Below, piece by piece: positions 10,996 through 22,394 of a stretch of 64,000 nucleotides of DNA. Positions within the stretch are counted from its first letter, which is position 1; each line of letters opens with the position of its first letter. Both the position numbers and the translations under genes were made by a program. Location: assembly GCA_030390025.1 (NCBI GenBank), contig CM059431.1, positions 141,424,001-141,488,000 of the forward strand, written 5' to 3'. The notes under the pieces are model-generated. The model was not told where the DNA came from. It did no database searches and saw only the letters and a list, made by a program, of their open reading frames with translations. This stretch comes from Squalus acanthias. Its lineage: Eukaryota.

Positions 10996-13350
10996 ATGGT
11001 TAGTAATAGTTTCATTAACGCATATAAGAGTAAGTTAGACAGAGGTGCTGTGAGGAGGAGGTACAGGTATTAATGGAATGATTAACCAAAGGAGACCGAG
11101 TCCCCTTTGAAAAAGTGCTAAACTTTATTCAGGGAAGTGTGAATCTAAAAATAAATAAAAGTGATAAGGCTACTAGGCTACCAGGCTATGCAGTATTTTA
11201 CTGTGCTCAAAGAGATGATGAGTATTGTAAGAAACGAAGTAAAGAGATAGAAGAGCTAAAAGCACAACACAATGAGTTAGAAGAAAAACATATTCAGGAG
11301 GCAGAGGACTTAAAAAAGCAGCAAGAGCTGAAGATGGAACACATAAATGGAAAGCAGGTTCAGGAAGTGGTAGAGTTGAAAAGGCGAATTACCGACTCAG
11401 AGAGCCAGAGCTCTCAAGCTGCGGTAGTTCTACAACAACAGAGCGTGTGCGCGTTCCAGGCAGGGGGCGCTATGCGCGGTCCAGGCAGGGGGCGCTACGC
11501 GCGGTCCAGGCAGGGGGCGCTATGCGCGGTCCAGGCAGGGGGCGCTATGCGCGGTCCAGGCAGGGGGCGCTATGCACGGTCCAGGCAGGGGGTGCTATGC
11601 ACGGTCCAGGCAGGGGGCGCTATGCGCGGTCCAGGCAGGGGGCGCTATGCGTGGTCTAGGCAGGGGGCGCTATGCACGGTCCAGGCAGGGGGCGCTATGC
11701 GTGCTCCAGGCAGGGGGCGCTATGCGTGGTCAAGGCAGGGGGCGCTATGCGTGGTCTAGGCAGGGGGCGCTATGCGCGTTCCAGGCAGGGAACGCTATGC
11801 GCGGTCCAGGCAGGGAGCGCTATGCGCGGTCCAGGCAGGGGGCGCTATGCGCAGTCCAGGCAGGGAGAACTATGCGCGGTCCAGGCAGGGGGCGCTATAC
11901 GCGGTCCAGGCAGAGAGCGCTATGCGCGGTCCAGGCAGGGGGTGCTATGCGCGGTCCAGGCAGGGAGTGCTATGCGCGGTCCAGGCAGGGAGCGCTATGC
12001 GCGGTCCAGGCAGGGAGCGCTATGCATGAACTAGCAGAAACAAACAGGCGTTAAAATGTTGTGAGATAGAGAGGGAGAATCTTACACGCGATCTACAAGA
12101 TGCCAGAGGCGCCTTGAGGGAAGCTCTCCAGCGCCCTTATAGGGAGACGGATCACTTCACTGTAGGTGGAAGATATACGAAATGGAGGGAAAGCTGGGGA
12201 AACGGGAGGCTGTTGTGGCTGCTTTTACTGCCAGATCATATGATTCAGCAGGAGGAGCAGCTGGGGGAGGCGAGGTGATAAACTGGGACGCACTGGAAGA
12301 AAAGGTATATCAGTACGGCCGTCATGATGGTTGGGGAAACCCCGGGGTGTCCCTCACCCGTAGTAAAGGGTCGGCCCCTGTGAGTCCCATAGTTAGCACC
12401 CTGGCCTATGATGACAAGGGGGAAGCGCTCCGTTCCTCTCAATGCTGCCGAAGTACAAGCTTGTATTAATGAGTTGGGCCCCATAACACTATCCGAGTGC
12501 CCCATTGACGTTGAGGCTCGATGGAATGCTTGGAAGCGGCGACACAGCGAATTAGAAGACACCGATTTGAAACGCGTCCTCCTGCCTGCCACCAACTCCA
12601 AGATATGGCAAACTCTTCCGTTCCTGGTTTCTAATATCGCCATTACCTCGGCAGCAGTATTGGAGTCGATTCAGGAACAGTTAGGGATTAAGAGCATGGA
12701 TATGGCTAAGAAATGTTATCAAACAACACAGGGACCAGTAGAATCACCCACTGTATACAGTGAGAGGATCTACACGGTTTATGGTGAAATCCAAGGGGAC
12801 GCTCCTGACTCCGATGACGAAGGGAAGGACCAGGAACAGTTCAAGATACAATTATTGAATGGCTTGAAAAGCTCATTGAGGCGCGCTCTAGGATACACGG
12901 TCTTGGCCGAGACTAGGTGGGCTGAGCTAATCCAGAACACCAATCAGGCATAGACTTTTACAAGGGAGAAGTGTAGACCGAAAAAAACTGTTAGTGTGGT
13001 AGATGGCCATGGGCCAGAAGTTACGGTCTCTGCACCCAACCGCCCTTCCCACGTCGATTCGAAGGAAATTGTTTCAACTGTGGGAAACCTGGGCACTATT
13101 CTAAAAATTGTAGGAAACGTCGACAGCAGGGCCAACGCTCCCCTCCCTTTCGGGGAAATCCACCCCCACACGCGATAATATCATCTAATCCTCTGGAGAC
13201 CAAGGTAGATCAATTGCCCTGAGGAATGAATAAATTAACAGCCATACTGAGCACCCACATTGCTACAAGAGCTAATCCGGTGGCGGCCGCCTCGGATCCG
13301 GCTGGGCAACAGCCACAGGGATCCCAGGCGACGGCCCAATTAAGGGGACA
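10996..13350 (+). pseudogene. gag: gag (disrupted): N-terminal coiled coil and capsid-like region with an MHR-like QGPVESPTVYSERI motif
   Basis: ORF fragments at 11115, 12182, 12408 and 13226 with an E/K/Q-rich heptad region. Interrupted by stops, frameshifts and a minisatellite. No CCHC knuckle seen. Confidence 0.7.
11447..12027 (+). repeat. 25-bp GC-rich minisatellite inside gag (about 23 copies, GCGCGGTCCAGGCAGGGGGCGCTAT)
   Basis: Read directly. Translations show a 25-aa periodicity (3 x 25 nt). Confidence 0.95.
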
Positions 13351-16300
13351 GGCCCCCTCTTGGTCCGAAGTGGGGTTCCGACGTGATGTTAACGGGCGAC
13401 CGGAAATTTCAGTTGGTCTACCATGGGGCCGACAGCAAATCATGCTTATTGATATTGGCTCATCCGTTACCATCATCCATACCACACACCCTGAACGCCA
13501 TGCTGCGGCGGGCAAGGGTTGCTTGACGCTACGACGCTTTGATGGGAGGTCAACTTCCGCTTTTAAGGAAGAAATGATAACTTTGCGCAGGAAAGCAGTT
13601 GATTTGACTGTTGATGACCCTGTCATGATGACAACTCCTGAAGGAATGGGCATATTGGGAAGCGATGTTTCGGAAAGCTATGTAACAAGCATTGATTACA
13701 ACCAGAGGTGTATTTAGATTGGAACAGGAGGTAGTGATTTGGTCGAAATATCGGATGCCCACTCTGTATTTACTATTAAGAAGGCTTGCTGGTACGAGGC
13801 ACCAGATCACCCAGATGAGCGATTCAAATTATTAATTCAAACGCACTCACTCGCATTCGCCACTAGTAAGCATGACTGTGGCCGAATGGAGGGTGAGGAG
13901 ACGATTAAGGGCCCGCCCCACTCCTTTGTTAAACAGTACCCAATTCCCAAAGAAAGTCATCCCTATATTAGAGATGTCATCGAGTCCCTCTTAAAGTATG
14001 GCATTCTGAGAACTGGCACTTTCACGACCAATTCACCAGTTTGCCCAGTTCGGAAGCCGGATGATAGCAGGAGGCTCACTATTGATTACCGAAGCCTTAA
14101 CAAGGTTACGCCCAAGAGCGGCCCTATTGGTAGGGGTGCTCCAACCTTATTATCAGAACTGCTGAAAGACTCTAAATATTACATCACCCTAGACATTGCG
14201 AACGGCTTTTGGAGTATTCCCGTCAGAACAGAGGATCAATATAAATTTGCTTTCACCTTTGAAGACCAGAGTTACACGTGGACGTGCCGACCCCAAGACT
14301 TCCACAACGCCCCAATCTTCCATACCAGAATGGTACAGATCCTGAAAACTTTTTCTAAGCCCCAGTGTCTGCTTCAGCCTAATCGAGGACTTGCTACTTG
14401 GCTACTAGTACAATCGAGGAGCACCTTGAACTGCTAGATGAACCTTTAACACTGTGAAGCAGTGCAGGCTTAAACATTAACCCTTGAAAAGCTCAGCTTT
14501 TGCAGGAACAGGTCACCTATTTGGGAGTGATAATCTCTCCGCCGGGTCTAAGTCCCGACGAACACAAGATATCGGTCATTCAACGACTCCTGCAACCTGT
14601 GTCCAGGACAGCGCTCCGATCATTTTTGGGAATCGTGGGAAACCAGCGTAATTTTATTCCTGGATTTGCAGAACTTGAAAAGCCCCTCTATGAACTGTTA
14701 AAAGGAAAAGAGGATCAAATCTCCTCCCTGTTGGGGTCAGATCACACCGCTGCAGATGAGAAATTGAAACAGGCTGTTATGCAGACAACCTGTTTGATGT
14801 CACCCGACCCAACACAGCTATTCCATCTCGAGGTCGCATCTCCCGACCATAGTCTGACTGCAGTCCAACGCCAAGAACGACGAGACAGGTTGCAACCGAT
14901 TGCATATCCCTCACGGGTTTTGCAGGGGGTAGAAATGACTTATTCAGCGTGTGAGCGCCACCTACTGGCGACGTTCTGGGCCTCTCGACACATTACCTAG
15001 ATTACGGGTTTACAGAGGATTATTTTACATTCCCCTCACAACACATTGAATCTCCTTATCAAACCAGGCGATTCTTTGATCTCATCCCAACGCATCAGTA
15101 AAGTGACTTTGGAACAATTACAAAGGGAAATTGATATAACATCCAAACAGACTACTCTTTTACCACTGATGCTTGCGTAGGAGGGACACCCTCACAAGTG
15201 TCCACTACATCTAATAGACTTTGAGTCCCATCCTGTTTTGCGATCACCAATAGAAGGAGCCTCAGAAGTATACGTGGGTGTCTCCTCCTAACACATACAG
15301 GGCTCACCCCATACCGGTTGTGCTCTAGACCTACCCGAGAAGACTTTCAAGTTTAAAAGTAACAAACAATCAAGCCAATATGCAGAGATTTTGGCCCTCC
15401 TCATTGCCGTTCAAGAAACTTCGAGCTACCGGCAAACATTTCGTCTGACAATGCCTATACCATTACTGCCATGCTGTCCCTTGCCCTTTACCAGAAGAAT
15501 TCCTCCTCCTCGTCAGATGGTAAACCCCTAATCCATGGGCCATGGCTACATCTCCTATGGCAGGAATTGAAGGCACTACAGAATCCCTGTCACATTGGAA
15601 AGGTTAATGCCCATAAGAGAGACCAGTCCACTCGCACACTCGGAACAAGGCGGCACATGTAACTGCTAAAGAAGCTGAACTGGCCGGCGATTCCCTCCCT
15701 CTACAACTTGAGGAGGTAATCCCAGTTGCTGCAGTTAGCTCAGCTCTCGACCTGGCTTCCCTTCAGACAGAGTATAGCCCTATCAAACGGTCATCAATTG
15801 GCATGACCAAGGTAAACCCTTACCGACAGCCAGCACATAGGCCTCCAAGACCCTCCTTACCACAAATGTCTCAGATAGGTACCCGATTTTCTGTATTCTC
15901 CCAAACCTGGCAGACGAACTCTTGTTCCTATTTCACTCCCAAACTGTAGGAGGTCATTACTCAGTAGACATCACTTTCGGAAAGATTGCCTCCATGGCCT
16001 GGTTGCCTAATATGAAGGAAACTGTAAATTTATGTTTGACGATGCGTATCTTGTTTGTAGCAGAACCCCTCCCCTTGTTCCAACCGAGCCCTCCTTCGAA
16101 GTCAGACAGGCCCTGATGGGCCCTGGACTCATGTTCAAATTGGTTTTATTGGTCCCCTCCCCCTATCGCAGGGCAATTGTAAATATGCCCTCGTCGTTAA
16201 CGACCAGTTCACTAAATGGATCGAAGCCTTCCCCTCCCGATCCAACACTATGCTTACTGCGGCCAAGTTGTTATTGTGTGAGGTGTTCTGTAGGTGGGGA

Positions 16301-16974
16301 CTGCCACTTCAAGTTGATAGCGATCAAGGCACCCACTTCACTGTTGAAGTATTTTCCAAATTACTGGATATTATGGGAATTAAGCATAAGCTACATACAG
16401 ATCATCATCCCCAATCGTCCAGGATAGTAGAAGAGGGAATTGTACACTGAAATTCTTGTTAGAAAAAATGTGTACAGAACACCCCACTCAATGGGTCAAC
16501 ATGTTACCCATGTGTTTAATGGCAATTCAATCCACACTACCTAGGACCACGAGGATATCACCTTACCAGGCAATGACTGGGAGGTTGATGAGGACTCCAG
16601 GCCATCTAAATTTGACTGGCACTACACCCCTCACGCAACAACCATGGAACCACTCGTGGTTGGAGCGCACAGTAGAGCCTATTAACGAAGTTAAATGACA
16701 CCTGGCAAATAATTTAGGGAAATCGAAAAACCAAATCAAGAAATATTTTGCCCAGAAGTTGCGACCTTTCGAGTATCAGTTTGGTGAAAGAGTCATGTTA
16801 GAAAATTATGGGAAAAAGGAAAATGCGATTGACCCCAAGTGGAACGGACCCTACTCGATGGTGGATAAATTGAATCCAGCCATGTATCTGGTTCAGTACC
16901 CTAAAGGGAGAGTGGAAAAGAGAAAAGTAACTAAATGGTACCATATCAAGCAGTTAAAGACGGTGAAAGAATAA
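13351..16974 (+). pseudogene. pol: pro-pol (disrupted): protease, RT, tether RNase H, second RNase H, integrase with GPY motif
   Basis: PR: LIDIGSS, GILGSD. RT: KQYPIP, LTIDYRSLN, LDIANGFWSIP, QYKFAFTF; the YVDD site is degraded at about 14375-14390. Tether: PIAYPSRVL, ERHLLATFWA. RH2: EVYV, SSQYAEILA, SDNAY, KVNAH. IN: GGHY, DQFTKWIEAFP, DSDQGTHFT, HPQSS, KWNGPY. Confidence 0.92.
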
Positions 16975-16977
16975 ATG

Positions 16978-16999
16978 CTTCATTCTTTATTCCTCCAAG
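16978..16999 (+). promoter_or_regulatory. Putative env-type splice acceptor
   Basis: cttcattctttattcctccaag lies just after the pol stop and 9 nt upstream of an ATG in good context (aaaATGG). Confidence 0.55.
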
Positions 17000-17008
17000 T
17001 TGCCCAAA

Positions 17009-17398
17009 ATGGCAGGACTCAAACCCATAGTGGGACTTCTGATGATTGTTGGTATCGACCAGACTTCAAACGTTATCATCATCCAGAATGGAATAAAGAT
17101 GCCAACCGACGATATGCCGCCATTAGAATGGGGAGCGGCTTCAGAAGACGGAAGCAATATGACCGTGTACTGTGATTATTGTGAACACGAAAATAGGACC
17201 GATGGGACTTTGTATATCCAGGCCAGAGAGGGCGAAGGGGTTAAAATAAAGTGCCTATGTACTAAAGACAATGTTCGAGTAACTCCAAAGTTTCAATTAG
17301 GAAAAGGAAAGTTTGTAGATCTAGAATTTGGGTTCAACGAAATGGTTAACATTACATCAAATAGTTTGGGGATCCCATATCTGGATACACTGAATTAG
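17009..17398 (+). pseudogene. Env-position ORF: predicted secreted/surface glycoprotein fragment; the frame continues past the TAG to about 17570
   Basis: Hydrophobic N-terminus MAGLKPIVGLLMIVGI, sequons NMT, NRT and NIT, Cys motifs CDYC and CLC. The ORF at 17426-17626 is in the same frame. Confidence 0.6.
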
Positions 17399-17570
17399 CC
17401 CAAAATAGGTAAAAGACACAGGGGAATGGTAGGATGCTATGATGCAGAGCTAGGAGAGAGACCCAGGCAAGGACAAATGCAAAAGCTTGAGATCAAGGGG
17501 AAAACGGAGGGGATAATGTTACAAAGGAAAAGTGACAAGCATACAAATAAGAAATGCACATTATTAACAA

Positions 17571-17853
17571 GACACTGGCCAACTGTTGATAAGAAAAGGG
17601 TTAAAACTCCGATACTAAAAGGATAACTTCACACAGATCTACTGTGAAGGCAAAGGAACAGATTGAAGATGATGTCACCAGTGTTCGAGAGATTCCAGAG
17701 ACAAAGGGATGTGAGCTACTCATTAAAACTATTGCCTATTGTTAAGTATATTACGCTGTAAGCTTAATACATCTTGATCTATTGCTTAAACATACAGGCT
17801 GCTGCCTATTTGTGTATTACCAAGAACTCTGAGGGATCATTTAAGATCTTACA
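17571..17853 (+). repeat. 3' LTR (part homologous to the 5' LTR; U3 missing or divergent)
   Basis: Manual alignment to 10531-10818 gives about 85% identity. Ends atcttaca. A purine tract at 17495-17513 may be a PPT, which would put the LTR start at 17517. Confidence 0.85.
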
Positions 17854-18878
17854 CATCTGTCTTTACCAAGAAAGAATATGCTGCCAAAGTCATAGCGCAA
17901 GAGGACGTCGTTGAGATACTGGTTGGGATAAAAATTGATTAAAAAAAAGAGGTATTAGAAAGGCTGGCTGTTCTTAAAGTAGATAAGTCACCAGGATCAT
18001 ATGGGTTGCATCCTAAGATGCTGAGGGAGGTAAGGGTGGAAATTGCGGAGGTACTGGCCCTAATCTTCCAATCCTCCTTAGATACGGGGGTGGTGCTACA
18101 GGACTGGAGAATTACAAATGTTACACAATATTTCAAAAATGTATGTAAGGATAAACCCAGCAGCTACAGACCATTCAGTTTAACCTCGGTAGTGGGGAAG
18201 CTTTTAGAAACGATAATCCGTGACAAAATAAACAGGACAAATGTGGATTAATTAAGGAAAGCCAGCACGGATTTGATAAAGGCAAATCATCTTTAACTAA
18301 CTTGATTGAGCAATTTGATGAGGTAACAGAGAGGGTTGATGAGGGCACTGTGGTTGACGTGGTGGAGATAGGCTTACAAAAGGCGTTTATAATGCTACAT
18401 ATTCGCTTGCCAGCAAGGTTGAAACCCATGAAATTCCAAGGACAGTGGCAGCATGGATACGAAATTGGCGAAGTGACAGGAAGCAGAGAGTAGAGGTGAA
18501 CGGTTGTTTTTCGGACTGGAGGAAGGTACACATTGGTATTCCCTGGGGGTCGGTATTAGGACCACTGCTTTTCTTGATATATATTAATGACTTGGACTTG
18601 AGTGTAAAGGGCACAATTTCAAATTTTGCACCTGACACAAAACCTTGAAGTATAGTGGAAAGTGAAGAGGATAGTGATAGACTTCAAAAGGTCTTAGACA
18701 GGCTGGTGAAATGAGCGAACACATGGCAGATGAAATTTAACACAGAAAAGTGGAAAGTGATACGTTTTTGTAGGAAGAACGCGGAGTGGCAATATAAACT
18801 AAAGGGTACAACTGTCATTGGGCTGCATGAACCTGGGGGTATATGTGCACAAATCGTTGAAGGTGGCAGGGTAGATTG
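17854..18878 (+). mobile_element. Older CR1 ORF2 fragment, left part (interrupted by a younger CR1)
   Basis: DKSPG, YRPFSLTSVVGK and GSVLGPLLFLIYINDL motifs with many lesions. Resumes at 22395. Confidence 0.85.
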
Positions 18879-19417
18879 TGGCTCAGAAGGGAAGGGGGGA
18901 GAGCAGGAGAGCAATAGTTATTGGGGACTCAATAGTCAGAGGGACAGATAGGAGGTTCTGTGGCAGCAAAAGAGACTCACGGATGGTATGTTGCCTCCCG
19001 GGTGCCAGGGTCCATGACGTCTCGGACCGTGTTTTCAGAATCCTCAAAGGGGAAGGGGAACAATCACAAGTCGTGGTACACTTCGGTACCAACGACATAG
19101 GTAGGAGAAGGGACGGGGATTTAAAACAGGAATTTAGGGAGCTAGGTTGGAAGCTGAGAGCCAGTACAAACCATGTTGTAATTTCTGGTTTGTTGCCGGT
19201 GCCACGTGCTAGCGAGTTGAGGAACAGGGAGAGAGTGCAGATAAACACGTGGCTGCAGGGATGGTGTAGGGGGGAGGGTTTCAGTTATGTGGATAATTGG
19301 AGCACATTCTGGGGAAGGTGGGACCTGTACAAACAGGACGGTTTGCACCTGAACCAGAGGGGCACCAATATCCTGGGAGGGAAATTTGCTACGGCTCTTC
19401 GGGGGGGTTTAAACTAA
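18879..19417 (+). CDS. CR1 ORF1 C-terminal SGNH/GDSL esterase-like domain (5'-truncated)
   Basis: IVIGDSIVRG, VVVHFGTND and DGLHLN motifs. Confidence 0.85.
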
Positions 19418-19419
19418 TT

Positions 19420-22314
19420 TGTCAGGGGGATGGGAAAAAGGGCTGTAGTCCACGAGCCAGTGGTGAGTGTAGGGAGGTACTGAGGAAGGTATCAAGGTCG
19501 CAGGAATGTACCGGCAGACAGGAAGATGGCTTGAAGTGTGTCTACTTCAATGCAAGGAGCATCCGGAATAAGGTAGGAGAACTTGGAGCGTGGATTGGTA
19601 CTTGGGACTACGATGTGGTGGCCATTACAGAGACATGGTTAGAGCAGGGACAGGAATGGTTGTTGGAAGTTCCGGGGTATAGATGTTTCAGTAAGAGTAG
19701 GGAAGTTGGTAAGAAAGGTGGAGGAGTAGCATTCTTAATCAAGGATAGTTTAACAGCGGCAGAAAGGCAGTTCGAGGGGGATCTGCCGTCTGAGGTAATA
19801 TGGGCTGAAGTTAGAAATAGGAAAGGAGCGGTCACGTTGTTAGGAGTTTTCTACAGGCCCCCAAATAGTAATAAAGATGTGGAGGAAGAAATTGCAAAGC
19901 AGATTATGAATAGGTGTGGAGGTCACAGAGTAGTTGTCATGGGTGACTTCAACTTTCCAAATATTGATTGGAACCTTTATAGGTCAAACAGTTCGGATGG
20001 GATAGTTTTTGCACAGTGTGTGCAGGAGGGTTTCCTGACACAATATGTGGATAGGCCGACAAGAGGTGGGGCCACGTTGGATTTGGTACTGGGTAATGAA
20101 CCGGGCCAAGTGTTTGATTTGTATGTGGGAGAACACTTTGGAGATAGTGACCACAATTCGGTAACTTTCACTATTGCAATGGAGAGGGATAGGGCCATAC
20201 GGCAGGGCAGGGTTTATAATTGGGGGAGGGGTAATTATGATGCGATTAGGCAAGAATTAGGGAGTATAAGATGGGAACAGAAACTATCAGGGAAAGGCAC
20301 AAACGAAAAGTGGAGCTTTTTCATGGAGCAATTACTGCGTGTCCTTGATAGGTATGTCCCTGTCAGGCAAGGAGGAAATGGCCGAGTGAGAGAACCATGG
20401 TTCACAAAAGAGGTTGAATGTCTAGTCAAGAGGAAAAAGGAAGCGTATGTAAGGATGAGAAAACAAGGTTCAGTTGGGTCGATTGAGGGGTACAAGGTAG
20501 CAAGGAATGAGCTAAAAAAAGAGCTTAGGAGAGCTAGGAGGGGGCATGAGAAGTCCTTGGTGGGTCGGATCAAGAAAAACCCCAAGGCTTTTTACTCTTA
20601 TGTGAGAAATAAAAGAATGACCAGGGTGAGGGTAGGGCCGGTCAAGGACAGTAGTGGGAACTTGTGCATGGAGTCAGAAGAGATAGGAGAGGTGATGAAT
20701 GAATACTTTTCGTCAGTGTTCACCGAGGAGAGGGGCCATGTTCTTGAGGATGAGAGTGTGATAAAGGTGGATAGGCTGGAGGTGGTAGATGTTCCGAGGG
20801 AAGATGTTTTAGCAATTTTGAAGAACCTGAGGGTCGATAAGTCCCCTGGACCAGATGGGATATATCCTAGGATTCTTTGGGAGGCAAGGGAGGAGATTGC
20901 AGAGCCTCTGGCTTTGATCTTTGGGTCCTCACTGTCCACGGGGATGGTGCCAGAGGACTGGAGAGTGGCGAATGTTGTTCCTCTCTTCAAGAAAGGAAAT
21001 AGGAATGACCCTGGTAATTATAGGCCGGTTAGTCTTACTTCGGTGGTTGGTAAGATAATGGAAAAGGTCCTGAGGGATAGGATTTATGACCATTTGGAAA
21101 GGGGCAACTTAATCAGGGATAGTCAACACGGATTCGTGAAGGGTAAGTCTTGCCTAACAAATTTGATTGAATTCTTTGAGGAGGTAACTAAGTGTGTAGA
21201 TGAAGGTAGAGCAGTTGATGTCGTATACATGGATTTTAGTAAGGCGTTTGATAAGGTTCCCCATGGTCGTCTCATGAAGAAAGTAAGGAGTTGTGGGATA
21301 GAGGGAAATTTGGCCGATTGGATAAGTAACTGGCTATCTCATAGAAGGCAGAGGGTGGTGGTGGATGGAACATTTTCGGACTGGAGACCAGTTACCAGCG
21401 GTGTGCCACAGCGGTCGGTGCTGGGTCCTCTGCTGTTTGTGATTTTTATCAATGACTTGGAGGAGGGGACTGAAGGGTGGATCAGTAAATTTGCTGATGA
21501 CACCAAGATTGGTGGAGCAGTGGATGAGGTGGAGGGCAGTTGTAGGCTGCAAAGAGACATTGATAGGATGCAGAGCTGGGCCGAAAAATGGCAGATGGAA
21601 TTTAACCCTGATAAGTGCGAGGTGATTCATTTTGGTAGGGCAAATTTGAATAAGGATTACAGGGTCAACGGCAGGGTTCTGAGGAACGTGGAGGAGCAGA
21701 GGGATCTGGGGGTTCATATCCACAGATCTCTGAAGGTTGCCACTCAAGTGGATAGAGCAGTAAAGAAGGCCTATGGTGTGTTGGCGTTTATTAACAGAGG
21801 GTTTGAGTTTAAGAACCGTGAGGTTATGCTGCAACTGTACAGGACCTTGGTGAGACCACATTTGGAATAATGTGTGCAGTTCTGGTCACCTCACTATAGG
21901 AAGGACGTGGAAGCATTGGACAGAGTGCAAAGGAGATTTACCAGGATGCTGCCTGGTTTGGGGGGGAGGTCTTATGAGGAAAGATTGAGGGAGTTGGGGC
22001 TTTTCTCTTTAGAGCGGAGGAGGATGAGAGGCGACTTAATAGAGGTTTATAAGATGATGAGGGGGATAGATAGAGTGGATGTTCAGAGACTATTTCCTCG
22101 GGTAGAGGCAGCTGTTACAAGGGGGCATAACTATAAGGTGCATGGGGGGAGATATAGAAGGGATGTCCGAGGTAGATTCTTTACTCAGAGAGTGGTTGGG
22201 GTGTGGAATGGACTGCCTGCTGTGATAGTGGAGTCGGACACTTTAGGAACTTTCAAGCGGTTATTGGATAAGCACATGGAGCACACCAGAGTGATAGGGA
22301 GTGTGATAGCTTGA
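19420..22314 (+). pseudogene. CR1 ORF2 (APE endonuclease plus RT) with a single nonsense codon at 21868-21870
   Basis: NARS, ITETW, GDFN and SDH (APE); YRPVSLTS, DFSKAFD and KFADD (RT). ORFs 19297-21870 and 21874-22314 share a frame (HLE*CVQFW). Start is approximate. Confidence 0.92.
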
Positions 22315-22394
22315 TCTTGGTCTCGGACAATGCTCGGCACAACATCGAGGGCCGAAGGGCCTGTACTGTGCTGTAATGTTCTATGTATCTATGT

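Larger units (their letters stand above)
10245..17853 (+). mobile_element. Decayed endogenous retrovirus-like LTR element (loki/Odin-like dual-RNase H architecture)
   Basis: Direct repeats at 10531-10818 and 17571-17853 ending TTACA, a PBS, gag-PR-RT-RH-RH-IN in that order, and a post-IN ORF. Many stops and frameshifts. Confidence 0.9.
18879..22394 (+). mobile_element. Young 5'-truncated CR1 LINE nested in an older CR1
   Basis: ORF1 esterase end, almost intact ORF2, 3' UTR and (ctatgt)n tail. attg flanks both junctions. Confidence 0.95.

Noticed and set aside
11447..12054. RG-rich nucleic-acid-binding domain in Gag (like foamy virus GR boxes)
   Set aside because: It arises from a 25-bp non-3n repeat that cycles through frames, contains stops and breaks the gag frame.
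17411..17436. Alternative PPT and LTR start (aaaagacacaggggaa-tggtaggat)
   Set aside because: No homology to the 5' LTR here, and the segment reads well as a continuation of the env-position ORF. Not fully excluded.
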